Shown: piece after piece, positions 1-12,270 of the stretch
Layout of the letters: every line of letters starts with the position of its first letter
How positions within the stretch are numbered: the stretch's first letter is position 1
Source of the DNA: Octopus sinensis
Taxonomy: Eukaryota
DNA: 64,000 nucleotides
Reading direction: 5' to 3'
Assembly: GCF_006345805.1 (NCBI RefSeq)
Contig: NC_043005.1
Span: 28,768,001-28,832,000, forward strand
Position numbers and translations under genes: made by a program
The notes under the pieces: model-generated
What the model saw: only the letters and a program-made list of their open reading frames with translations
What the model was told of the DNA's origin: nothing
The model's database searches: none

Positions 1-2275
1 ATTCAGAAAAATTTAATTATTATTTTGTTTTTGTTTATTTTTTTTTTTTGTTAAAAAGTCATAAAACATTTCATGGTATGAGTGTCAAAGTCGGTTTGTA
101 ATGTAAAGTACTGTTTATATATATGTGTGTGAAATATCCACCCAATAAATGTTATTCATTAATTAACCAATTAAATTAATAAAGGAGTTAGATCTTCATA
201 ATCGGCTGTAACTGTGTGTTCAAGCTACTGAGTAGAAGCTAATAAAAATCAGCAAATTTGGAAAATTCAGAAATAAAACCATATTCTAGATTGTTAAAAA
301 AGTTATGGGATTATAAATTTCTCAACTGTGAATCATTGACAAAACAGAACCTGTCGATAATTTATTGAGTGCTCATTTAGCTGAGTCAGAGAAGAAAACC
401 ATGAAATAAAAGATCTGTCAATGATGAAAATATTGTAGGAACAGCAGATTATTATATTTGTAACTTAATGGGAAAAGATGTGGCATTGCAGAAGACAAGA
501 AAACTAAAATACACATCTAATTGAATTAATTAGATATTACTTATATATTTAAATTGATTAGATAATACAGATAATTTCCTGAAATAGTCATTTTCATTTC
601 TCTCCTCATGAAAAACCACAACTTCATGTTTCTAAACTGAGCAGTACATTCAAACACAAAGAATGAAGGATTAAATGGTCGTTAAAACAATGATAATACA
701 AATTGGAATCCTACAATTAAATATTATCTTCACTTAAATTTCAGCTTTGTCTCTGCAAATAGGGATTGACACAACAACATTGTTGGGTAGAAGCTTAAAG
801 TGAACAACAGATGATGGGTGGCAGTTGTATCATGAACAGAATTAGAACACAGATAAAAGTGCAACTAAGAATATACATTGTTGTTTTGCTATTAATCTTA
901 AGTAATAATATTCACTAATATTACTAATAAATCAATATGAATCTTAACTTTAATACTCATTCAATCATTATTAACATGGATCATTAAAGAATTGAACCTA
1001 ACAATCATTAATCTCAAAATCACTTTGTTACAGTCTAATATCTATCTATATATATATATCATATGACATGTTAGCTGGAATAGGGAAACTATCCAAATTT
1101 GAAATTGGTTAAATGTTCTCAGACCCCATAAATGTGAAAATATTTGTTTATAATCATAGTAAAATGGTGTATTTTACGGTTTCAAGACACACCAATCAAT
1201 CACCAGTCTTTCACTTTCATCATATTTCAGCTTCTATTCTTTATATCACACATACATAACATGCAGGAATGAAAACAAAACCATTTTGTTTTTGAATATT
1301 ATTTGCTAACAACAAACAAACACTTCTCTCTTGCTGTCTGGAAAGAGTTTATGAACAGATTATTCCATATATATTTTAATCCCACCTCCACCATATCTAT
1401 ATTGTCTGTGGCATCAGTTAATCCATCTGCTATGATAGTTTACTGTTCTAAGGAAATTGTATTAAAACAAATGCACCAAGTGGATAATATGGACGTTCCT
1501 TTTACTGTACCTAATTTATCAAATGAAATATCACAAACAGAATGTAACAATTAAAATGACATTAGGTAATTATTAAAACTATGTAGGTCATTCTTAAATT
1601 TCATTAAACTGTCTACAATCATAGCTGCTAAATTAATTAGATTCTAAGATGTTTCCCATTAAAATAATGTAAAAACATGTTAGGACGATTGTTTCTGTTT
1701 TCTGCCTCAAACTGGTTCTTATGAAGTTTATTGTTTTATTTTGAAAATTTAAATAGATAGTTCATTCATAACTTCTTTCATGGGGTTATTCCTTGTTGTA
1801 AACATTCAATTGCACCATAAGCTATCTTGCTGTATTGGACATTCATTTCTCTCAGGTCATTTTTGCTTAGATTATGCAAATTACCAAGGCTATAAACATG
1901 TTCTATTCTTTTTTTGTATAAATACCTTTGGCTACTGGAGATACAGTCTGACAATTGTCATATTGATGACAGCTACTGAGACAGAAACATGCATCCATCT
2001 TCAGACAAGAAGCATCTTTTTCTTTAATGGCCTGTCAACCTTGGAAGAATCTTGAGTTTTGAAATTATCTCCCCCTTCCCATTTGGAGCTAGTCATAATT
2101 GGCATTTGATAATTATAATGCATACTCAAGAGGCAGACATAATTTTAATAAATCAAGAATTTATCTTATTTGAAATTCTTGTATTTATCTATGTTATATA
2201 TATATATATATCTAATATAGGATAAAATTTTCAAAAAAATTTATCAGTGGCCAGCATATTAAAAATATCTTTTAA

Positions 2276-2495
2276 CCCTTTCGCTACCAACCCGACTGAA
2301 ACCGGCTCTGGCTTTGAGTATAAATGTCTTGTTTTCATAAGTTTTGAATTAAAATCTTCCACCAAACCTTAGTCACAATTTATGTTCCTAACACTAGCTG
2401 AATGATAACTAAGTTATTTTACTAAATTCTTTGTTGTATTTAAAGTAATTGAAAGAAACAGAGAGCATCTCAAAATAAATACAGTAACAAAAGGG
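2276..2495. mobile_element. piggyBac-like MITE
   Basis: TTAA|ccctttcgctac ... gtaacaaaaggg|TTAA. Related copy at 10357-10580; partial or related copies near 20150, 28140, 32290, 35790 and 61950. Confidence 0.8.
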
Positions 2496-2508
2496 TTAAG
2501 GTGAAAAT

Positions 2509-2802
2509 TATAAACAATTTATAAATAAGGGCAAAAGAAAAAAATTCCAATGCCAAATATGCTGAGAAATAGACTTTAAATCGTCAATAACCACATATAA
2601 TTCATCACTAAAAGAATTCTTTATCAAATAAACTCAGAAATCAGACCGATTCAGTAATGACGTAATTTTCTAGAAATTTCTGTCAGCTTGCTTCAAGACA
2701 CATGCTTTTAGTGATGAATTATATGTGGTTGTTGTCTATTTCTTGGCATATTTGGCATAGGAATTGTTTTCTTTTGCCCTTATTTATAAGTTATGTTTTA
2801 TA
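2509..2802. mobile_element. TIR-bearing MITE (TA-flanked)
   Basis: Arms ataaataagggcaaaagaaaa..ccaatgccaaatatgctgagaaatagac (~2509-2575) and their reverse complement (~2733-2802). Confidence 0.65.
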
Positions 2803-3568
2803 TATATATATATATACATATATATACAGGTAGGTAGATGGAGTTTATCTTGTAGAGATAAAATTAACTCAAAATTTCAAAAATAGTAATGGAAAAATTA
2901 ATTTAAGTCCCTATTTTGAGAGAGAGTGGGGCGTGTTGGTGTATATTATATTGAGTTAAAGACTTGGTTCATATCCCAGCAATGGACCCGTTGTTCTTTT
3001 CTGTCTCAAACTGGTTCTTATATTGATCTTATATACTTCTTCACTGTTGCAATCTTTACTGTTACCATGGACTCATCAAGGTAATCAAGGCTTGACTGAT
3101 TTCAGTTTGAGCATCAATAAATATCCAAGTTCAGCCAGAAATAATTTACAAATTCTTAGCAATGGAAACAAATATTTCCTTTTTATACAAAACATATGTA
3201 AATTATTGAGACGGTGCATGTAGTGATTTCATTTTGCTTGAAAGAATTATAGAATCCATTGAGGCATATTCATCCTTTGTTCTATATACTTACTCATATA
3301 TAGCATGTTTCTACTTCCTCAATCGCTACAGCAGTACATTGTGTCCAAATGCCTCTTGAACATTGTTGTGAGACCATGATATTAATGAAACAACAGTTAT
3401 TAAACATACACATATGTTTTTCTATGGAAATTGTTCCTTGGAAATGTGATTCTTACATATTGAATAATAATAATAATAATACTGATGTGATACAAGAATT
3501 ATTGAAACGAGTGTAGGAATGAACATAGAGACATCACTGATGTTGTAATCTGTCGTTCTTTCTAGTAC

Positions 3569-3615
<47 letters not shown>

Positions 3616-4210
3616 GCTGATTATGTCTTTGTTAGTACAATTAGGAAAACATTATCCATAACTGAATTTTTCACAACATGTAATTAGGACACAAGTGAAA
3701 AGATGTGTGTGTGTGTGTGTGTATGTGTATATGCAGATATATATTCACACATACATTCAGACACACAAATGGAAATATATATGTATGTTTTTGAAAAACA
3801 AAGATAAAAATGTTCATTTGTAGTAGAAATAATAATAAAGCCCAAAGTTTTAAAAAGAATGTGTGGATTATCAGATATTATACAATGATGTCATATCACA
3901 GACATCAAAAGAGAAACATTTTTCTCTTTATATTATAAAAAAAGTTTTCCCTGTCTTTTTAATAGAGGGGAGGGGGTTGTTTTTAATTTTACTTTATAGT
4001 TTATACACAGGTTCTAACAAGTAAAATACTGTGAAATGTTAGTATTTTTCAAAACTTTGAGTCTTTTCTCTGTTTTCATTGAGTAGGCAATTAATTCCTT
4101 GGGATGAAATGATGTCAACGCGGATTTGACAAAGCATTAAGATAAAACGAAGTAGGAGTGGAGGAGGGGGGCAGAAATCTTGATTAAAAAGTGGGGTGTT
4201 TTTGCCAGCC

Positions 4211-4419
4211 TTATCGTTTCTTCTTCCTGTCTTTCTTTTCTTTGATTTTCTCCGTCTCTGATTGGTATTTCTTGTAGAGAGTGTAACCAACATACACTAC
4301 TAGTGCGGGAATGGTAAAAAACTGCAGCAGTTGAAAGAAACGTTTCTCAACTTCTGGGGTCTTTGGTTTAGATTTGATCACTTTTACTAACAAAGTTTCA
4401 AAGCTCAGAGTGGCATCCG
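4211..4419 (-). CDS. FKBP11: FKBP11-like PPIase, last coding exon (end of FKBP domain, TM helix, dilysine tail)
   Basis: ccaattccag|CG GAT..., phase 1. Encodes (P)DATLSFETLLVKVIKSKPKTPEVEKRFFQLLQFFTIPALVVYVGYTLYKKYQSETEKIKEKKDRKKKR*. Single FKBP domain + TM + KKxx-type tail, and the 34/71-nt internal exons, match the FKBP11 architecture as I recall it. Confidence 0.93.
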
Positions 4420-4657
4420 CTGGAATTGGAAGATAAAAATAAATTCTTGGTTAATCAAGTCAAATAAAATTTAGTGACTGAGGAAAAAAAAAAGTTTCAA
4501 AACCAGATTTAAAATGTAAAGGCAGTCAATACATAAATCTGTAGAAATAAAAGTTCCAGCGTTCCTTATGTGGTTATTATCAGATTCTTAAAAGGCTTCC
4601 TCTCCATAACTCCTACTATTGGAATAAAGCCCCCACTTACCCCAATACTCCCATATA

Positions 4658-4928
4658 CAGTGGCGGAATAAGTCTAAAAATATTGGTTGCCAGGAGACCA
4701 AGGAGGCCCACCTGCAACTAAAATGTTGTTTAGTTTTTTTTTGCTTTTGTTAAAATTATTCTTTTCAACTGTCTACAAATACAGCCAGGCTGAATTAATT
4801 AATGCATTCTTCCAGGAGTGAATGAAAAATTCTCAAACTTGAGGGAATGGGCCCCCATATATGGATTCTAATGGTGCAGGGGCCCACTTGCCATTGAGTA
4901 AGCTGGCAACTTGCCCAGTTCACTACTG
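4658..4928. mobile_element. hAT-like MITE
   Basis: Perfect 8-bp TSD cccatata (4650-4657 and 4929-4936). Imperfect TIRs cagtggcggaa / ttcactactg. Confidence 0.8.
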
Positions 4929-6269
4929 CCCATATACATATATCTTTTACATGTTTCAGTCATTGAACTGCGACCATGCTGGAGTAGTGCTTTGAATGGT
5001 TTAGTTGAACAAATCAACCACAGCGCTTACCTTAAGAATACTTGTTCTCTGAAGTGCTAAGTTAAAGGGATGTAAACAAACCAACACTACTTATTGAGTA
5101 TACCACACACACAATTTCATTCTATTAAATCCACTCAAAAAGCATTGGTCAGCCTGGAACTATAGAAGACATTTTCCCATGGTGCTATGCAGTAGGACTG
5201 AACTTGAAATCAGGTAGTTGCATAGTCACCTTCTAAACCACATGGCCATATCTGCCCCTAGAGTGGTCATTCAATGTGGCACAAAACCTGCTAGAAAGAG
5301 CAGTCAAATTTCCTTCATACTTTACATTTACTCAACGTGTTTTCCAGTTAGTAGTCTTGCATACAGTCTGAAAATATGATAGCTTGGTCATGGCTGGAGT
5401 GTCATTGCTTTTCTTAATCAAAACTAACCTAGAGCTAAACAGTAGCAGCAACTATTCTGTCTAAAAATCACAAACATAAATAGTGAAGAAAACCTGTTTG
5501 CCATGCTGGCATGGGTTGGACGGATTGACAGGAGCTGGCAAGGCCAGGGACCACACCAGGTTCCAGAGTCTGTTTTGTGTACTCAAAACACAGGAACCTC
5601 TACAAGTATGCTTGATTTACTAGAAATAGCAGCTAAATCTCCCCATATTATACCTTATCACCTTACAAAAAAGGAAGGACATAAGAGGCAATGTAGTCTC
5701 TGTTATATAAAAAGATAAGATGGTCATGGCTACAGTTCTTTTGTGGATGGATAGAAGGTGTGAGGAAAAAGGAACATGAAAGAGGCAGATGATCAGGATC
5801 AGGATAGAGTCATTGGAGGAAAGAGGTGTGTGGAGGTTATGGGACGGGGACAAAGATGGAGGGGTGAGTGGGTACTGAGATGGTGAAGGAGCCGTGGGGA
5901 ACGAACATGGAGAGAAAACTAGTGGGGGATACCATAGATGTAAGGAAAGAGTAGAATATAGATGTAGGGAAGGTACCCCAGTTAGGGAGGCTGTGGGGAG
6001 AGGGCAATAAAAGAAAAAATGGGAGGGAGCAATGAGGGAAAGAAAGACTGGAAGACATCTATAGAGATGATGGAGGAGTAGAGGGTGAGAGGAGTGGGAT
6101 AAAAAGAGGATGGAATGTGAAGGGTACCATGGGGGTGGGGTGAGAGTAGAGGATGACAGTAAGGAGGCTGAGAAGAGAGAACAATGAAGGAAAGGCAGTG
6201 GATGAATTCCAACAAGAGTATCCCAAACCATCAACCTCCCATCATTAGCATACTGTCAACTATACTTGC

Positions 6270-6770
6270 CAAAAAGAGCAGGGTTTTTCTCCAGAACATG
6301 TTATCAGTTGTCATGGAACCACTTGTCTTTCTTGTGAGATTCAGCATCTTGAGAATAGTCTTCCATCTCTTTATCCCATGGCTTCCAAACATGCCATCTA
6401 CTTTGATCACTCAGCCATACACATCACATGCCCCTATTAACACAGTCTTCTGTCTTCCTTTTATATCATTTTATCTCTTAGGTCATTCACACACACTAAC
6501 ATTACACAATTAAGTCACCAAAGTAACAAAAACTATTGACTACTTGTAGGGATCCTTCTGAGCAATTGAAAGAATCCAGTTTCAGGACACATTCCTTGCT
6601 TAATCCTCCTGCACATATGAAGGCTGCCTTTGTTGTTAGCCCATCTCTGACACCAATACATCTCTTGCACATCCATCGTTTATATTGAGCACACTGTACA
6701 GAATTTCTACTTACTCTCTCTCTACATACTGAGCACAGCCATTTCTATGTTGGCACTACAGTCGTCTTTT
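6270..6770 (-). mobile_element. Highly decayed RTE LINE fragment
   Basis: Remnants of the Cys-rich motif (CSVCR...SVQCAQYKRWMCKRC) and the GHVM region of the RT C-terminus. Confidence 0.6.
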
Positions 6771-6825
6771 TTTTTCTACTTACCATAACTTCAGTCTCAG
6801 TTAAATTTAAATTAAAGATTTTTCA

Positions 6826-7337
6826 ATTACATGAAAAAATGTGAGCATGAAAAGTAATATTCTTAAGACTATAAACCTGGAAAAGTACAGGACAAGTTAT
6901 TACACCTGTAAAAGTATAGGACAAACTATTACTTCAGGTAAAGTAAAGAATAAGAAAATTTTTACTTAAAATATTGCAGCAAAGAATGCCAGTTCTTCCA
7001 ATTTATCACTCTTTACAGTTCCCATCTTTTAAATTTATTGTACAAAACTGTTCAACTAATTTGTAAGTTTGTCTATTTAGTCACTTTTTTCTGTATCTAA
7101 GGTAGTAAATTAGCCAAATTCTACTTAAATAGTATAGTGTTATTTGTAAACTATAATAAAATATTTAATATTCAAATTTTAATTTTAGCTGCAATATTTT
7201 AAGTAAAAAGTTTCTTATTCTTTACTTGAAGTAATAGTTTGTCCTATACTTTTACAAGTGTAATAACTTGTCCTGTACTTTTCCAGGTTTATAATCTTAA
7301 GAATATTACTTTTCATGCTCGTGTTTTTCCATGTAAT
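6826..7337. repeat. Long inverted repeat (foldback/MITE-like), ~150-bp arms
   Basis: 6826-~6980 is the near-exact reverse complement of ~7188-7337 (attacatgaaaaaatgtgagcatgaaaagtaatattcttaag... / ...cttaagaatattacttttcatgctcgtgtttttccatgtaat). Confidence 0.85.
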
Positions 7338-9538
7338 CCATGATTTTTCTAGGCATTGCTGTTATAAGATAATTAATGATGTGTCAATTAACAATTTAGA
7401 ATTTTACCTTATAAAATACTGGGTAAGGGGATACATTGGTTGCTATTTTTAGCGTGTCAAGCAACCAGGTAGAAGCTCTTTCATTGGTTTGATTGCATTA
7501 TGAGATTTTTTTACACATATATGTATAATATGCAAATATATCATTGGCAGAATTTAGAGAGTAAGTCAAAAACCAAGAGTTTCATGCATTGGCACTTATC
7601 AAACACAAATTTGTCCATAGTCATTCTGTAACTTGTGATGAAATAACTTCTAAAATACAAAATTTTGTCAAAAACATTAAGAGTAAACCCTGTTGTATGT
7701 GACACATTCTACCAGTGTTTAGTTTTTAAAAAATTAATTAATCTGTACGTCAAATTGAATAGATCCAAAATGGATAACAAGCAAAGTCGACCTTGGCGGA
7801 ATTTGAACTCAAAACACACAAACACAGGCAAAACACGTTAAGCATTTCGCCCAGCACACTAACGTTTCTGCCAGCTTGCCGCCTTAGAATGTAAACATTC
7901 ATTTTAGCAATATATTCTTTATTCTTATAGCTAAAGCGTTACTTCCTTACTCTCTTACACAAAATTTCGTGGTATTTCACGCCATAACTTTTCTTCTACT
8001 AATTTTTGTTCAATGCGACTAACAACTCTGAATTCCTCATACATTTTTCTATTATCTAAGCCTAAGAAAAGTATACTTTTATTTTAAAATTAAAAAGTTT
8101 ATGTTCATTGAAGGTGAATAGGTGCCTTACTGCACCCCTTGAGGTAACAGATATTTTGAAATAACTTTTTTTCTACTGAACCAAATCTCAAACTATTTAT
8201 GCTAAAGTATAGCTAAGGAGGTGTCCTCTTTAAAACTGTTAACAGTTTGCAATTTTGTTGAGAACTGAATTAGTGGTGAAGCTTGGAAACTGCTGCGATT
8301 GACGAAATGGTAGACTTAAGAATATATTCAACCACTACTGTGGTTGAATGATTCCATGTTGTTTCAATGTTTGGAATTTCTTCTCCAAATCTCCCACAGA
8401 TTCTGCTATAAGAAAGTAATTTACAGGAATTTCCATAGACAACCAGTTTTCAACTCCTCTGTTATGGCTTGGACGACTAAGCTTAATGGACCCTTACCTG
8501 CCCACTAAATTTATTGCTATACATTGTTACCACTGTTTTAATGTCCACTTTTTCATGTTAGCACAGGTTGGACAGAGTTTACTGAGGCAGATATTCTATA
8601 ACTGGATGCCCTTTCTGTCATCAACCCATTCCCAGACAAGATAATATTTTTCCATAGCCAGACATGTTTTCACAGAAAATTGGAAATGAATATTTATTTA
8701 TTTACAACAGTTATACAATGTCAAGACTAGGAAATACACACATACACCTGACCTGGCCACCACAGCAGAACTGAGATCCTAAAACCAAGGTGCCACATAA
8801 AAAATATTGGTGTGGGTGCTTGTTCCACATAAAAAGCACCCAGTACACTCTGGAGGGGTTGGCATTAGGAAGGGCATCCAGCCATAGAAACCATACCAAC
8901 ACAGAAAATGGAGCTTGGTGCAGACCCTGGTCTTGCCAGTTCTTGTCAAGCCATCCAACATACGAGAGCATAGAAAATGGCCATTAAATGTTGTTGATAA
9001 TATATATATGATGGGTTTCTTTCAGTTTCCATCTACTAAATCCAACCATAAAGCTTTGGTCAGCCAAGATGCCATGCCACAGGACTGAACCCAAAAACTA
9101 TTGGTTGGGGAGCAAACTTCATAGCCATTAGTCATGCCTGTGCCTCAGGTTACATTGTATCAGGCTAATCCAGGATATGAACCATATATTTATGCATGTA
9201 TACACACACACATAAGTAACTGTCTTTGTGTCATATAACATACATCAAGTTGTCTCTTACCTCCCATATAGCAGCTTAGCTTCTGAGCCCCTACAAAGGT
9301 CTTCACTATTTTTCACAATCCTCCCTCCTACCACTCCTCAGCCAAAATAACTAAGTAGTAGCAACTACATAAAGCCACTACATCTGTTGTTCATTTTGAT
9401 GCCATATTCACATTATTCCTACCAACAAAACCTTTCCCAAATTTTTATTTTCCACCAAAGTATAAAATCACTCCAATCCAACAAAGGGACTAGTTTAGAC
9501 CCAATGATATCTGATTACATTCAAACAGTGAACTCCAA

Positions 9539-9668
9539 TTATTTACATTTGACAGATATTTGTCCTCATCTTGTTTGTTGTTAACACATTTCAGCTCATA
9601 TACCCTCCAGCCTTCATCAGGTGTCTTGGAGAAATTTCGAACCTGGGTTCTCATTCCTAAGGTATTTT

Positions 9669-9710
<42 letters not shown>

Positions 9711-10010
9711 TCACTGCCTGGAATTGAACTAACCCCAAGATTCCAAGTTCAATTCCAGGCAGTGACCTGAATAATAATAATAATAACAACAACATCGAAA
9801 ATTACCTTAGGGATGAGAACCCAGGTTCGAAATTTCCCCATGACACCCGATGAAGGCTGGAGGGTATATCAACCGAAACATTGTGTTAACAACAAATAAG
9901 ATGTGGGCAAATATCCGTCAAATGTAAATAATATACATAATTATGCTGTTGGCATTTTTATATCCGTTAAATGTAAATAATGTACATAATTCCTCATCTC
10001 TTAAATATAG
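9539..10010. mobile_element. Palindromic (head-to-head) insertion of a tRNA-headed SINE with a hammerhead-like tail; 15-bp TSD
   Basis: Arms ~9539-9730 and ~9748-9930 are reverse complements. The direct repeat aacagtgaactccaa is at 9524-9538 and 10011-10025. Confidence 0.85.
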
Positions 10011-10215
10011 AACAGTGAACTCCAAGGCTAGCTCCTACCTTTGCCACCTTTTTGCTACCTTTTTTCTCTAAAGGATTCTTTCCTACTCCATGGAAACACA
10101 CCAAAGTGGAGATACATTATACAGCAGACTTGATAAACATATGCTAACAAGAAAAAAAGAGGAAAATTGTTGGTGAAACCAAGAATATATTTTATATATG
10201 TAAGCTGAAACTCAC

Positions 10216-10286
10216 GTGGTATAACTGGAGGTCGGCCAGACTTGCCATAAGCTAAATGTGGTGGTATTACTAATTTTCTTTTTTCT
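10216..10286 (-). CDS. FKBP11: FKBP11-like PPIase, exon 5
   Basis: ttatttacag|A GAA...CCA C|gtgagt; 71 nt, phase 2/1. Encodes (G)EKRKLVIPPHLAYGKSGRPPVIP(P). Confidence 0.96.
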
Positions 10287-10356
10287 CTGTAAATAATAAA
10301 AATCTTTAATTTTATTTGTCTGAAAATATATTTAATTTCAGTTTATGTGTAATTAA

Positions 10357-10580
10357 CCCTTTTGCTACCATCTATCTGTTGGAATACCCTGCCTTTTGTT
10401 TTAATCAATTTTGAAAATTATGAAGAATATAATTATATAATTTTATCATTATTAAGTTGGTGTTTAGAACATGAATTTAGCATGAAATGTTAGTGGAAGA
10501 TTTTTAATTTAGTTTACATTAAAACAGAAATTTGTACAATAGAACTAAAAATGGTCTTAGAAAGGTTGGAACCAAAAGGG
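10357..10580. mobile_element. piggyBac-like MITE, 70 bp from the exon 5 acceptor
   Basis: TTAA|cccttttgctacc ... ggaaccaaaaggg|TTAA. Confidence 0.8.
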
Positions 10581-11459
10581 TTAAACTAAAATCAATTACA
10601 AAGTGATAGTCAATATTGCAATTTAACACACATATGTCTTTCTTCAAATGATAAAGCTCCAGGGGAAAAACAAATTCTGCCCCAAACAACAAAAATGAAC
10701 TGACCAGTTCCTCAGGATCATGGTCAGTTTTTCAAAAACACAATACAATGTTTTTTATAACAGACTTTTTAAGAAACTTGCAAGCAATCTGATGAGTGTC
10801 TTGCCAATACTAAAACAAAAATAATAATGATTAGTCTTTCTAATTTTGATACAAAGTCAGAAGTTTTGAAATGGGAATGGGGTAAATCAATTAAATCAAC
10901 CCTAGTACTTTATTTTATTGACTCAAAGGGTGAAAAAGAACGCTGACCCTGATAGGATTTGAACCCAGAACCAGAAGAAATGCTGCTAAGCATTTTTTTT
11001 TTCTTAGTGATGCACTAACAATTCAGCCAGCTTGCCACCTTAATAATAATAATTCCTTCAACTCAAGGCACAAGGCTTGAACTTTTAATAGGAGAGGCTA
11101 GTTGATTACATCAACCCCAGTACATAACTGGTACTTATTTTATTGACCCTGAAAGGATGAAAGGCAAAGTCAACCTCAGCAGAATTTGAACTCAGAACAT
11201 AAAGATGTACAAAATGCTGCTATGCTTTTGTTTTTTATGCTCTAATAATTCTGCCAGCTTGCCATCTCACTAATAATAATAATCCTTTCTACTAGAGGGT
11301 CAAAGTCTGAAATTTGTGGGGAGGGAATAGTCGATTACATTGACCCCAGAAAGATGAAAGGTAAAGTTGACCTCAGCAGAATTTGAACTCAGAACATAAA
11401 GACGGATGAAATGCCAGAGCATTTTGCCCACATGATAACAATTCTGCAGGCTCACCATC

Positions 11460-11491
<32 letters not shown>

Positions 11492-11887
11492 TCTTTCTAA
11501 TTTAGACACTCCTTGACTTTCCAGGCTCTGGACAAATGTCCTGCTCTTCTAGAACCTGTATGAGACACATACAAAGGATATAAGCTGTCTGATCATCATC
11601 TTTTAACATCCCTGTTCCATGGTGGTATGAGTTTGATAAGATCCAACAGATCTGAGGACTACATCATGCTCCAGTGTCTGTTTAGGTTTTGATAGCTGGA
11701 TGCCTTTCCTAATGCCCACCACTTCACAGAGTGTACTGGGTGCTTTTTCATAACACCACCATTTAGTGAGTAAGGAAGCAGCTTCATACAAGGAGATGAG
11801 AGGTTAAAGTATGAGAGAAGGGAGTCAAAACAGATTTCTTGTTGTAGAGGAGGGACTAGAAGAGAAGGTTGGATAACCAGCATGAAC

Positions 11888-12270
11888 ATTATTTACATTT
11901 GATGGATATTTGTCCTCATCTTGTTTGTTGTTAACACAACATTTTGGCTGATATACCCTCCAGCCTTCATCAGGTGTCTTGGGGAAATTTCAAACCTTGG
12001 TTCTCATTCCTAAGGTATTTTTCAATATTATTATTATTCAAATCACTGCTGGAATCGAACTTGGAACCTTGGGGTTAGTAGCCCACACTCTTAACCACTA
12101 CGTTATATATCCGTGGACATATGGTGTAGTGGTTTGAAATTTCCCCAAGACACCTGAAGGCTGGAGGGTATATCAGTGGAAACGTTGTGTTAACAACAAA
12201 CAAAATGAGGACAAATATCCATCAAATGTAAATAATGTAAATAATTTTTCATCTCTTAAATATAGAACTG
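11888..12270. mobile_element. Second palindromic insertion of the same SINE
   Basis: Inverted arm 11888-~12118 includes the whole tRNA-like head (box A TAACGTAGTGG, box B AGTTCGATTCC). The forward arm is internally deleted. Degenerate flanking repeat aaccagcatgaac/aaccagaatggag. Confidence 0.8.

Noticed and set aside
1-4210. FKBP11 3' UTR end / poly(A) site and possible further exons
   Set aside because: Several AT-rich candidate signals but none distinguishable without transcript data; no convincing coding exon was found.
5620-6234. 204-aa minus-strand ORF (also the 220-aa ORF at 57853-58515)
   Set aside because: Purine/pyrimidine-skewed low-complexity DNA giving S/L/P/F-rich text with no domain or splice support.
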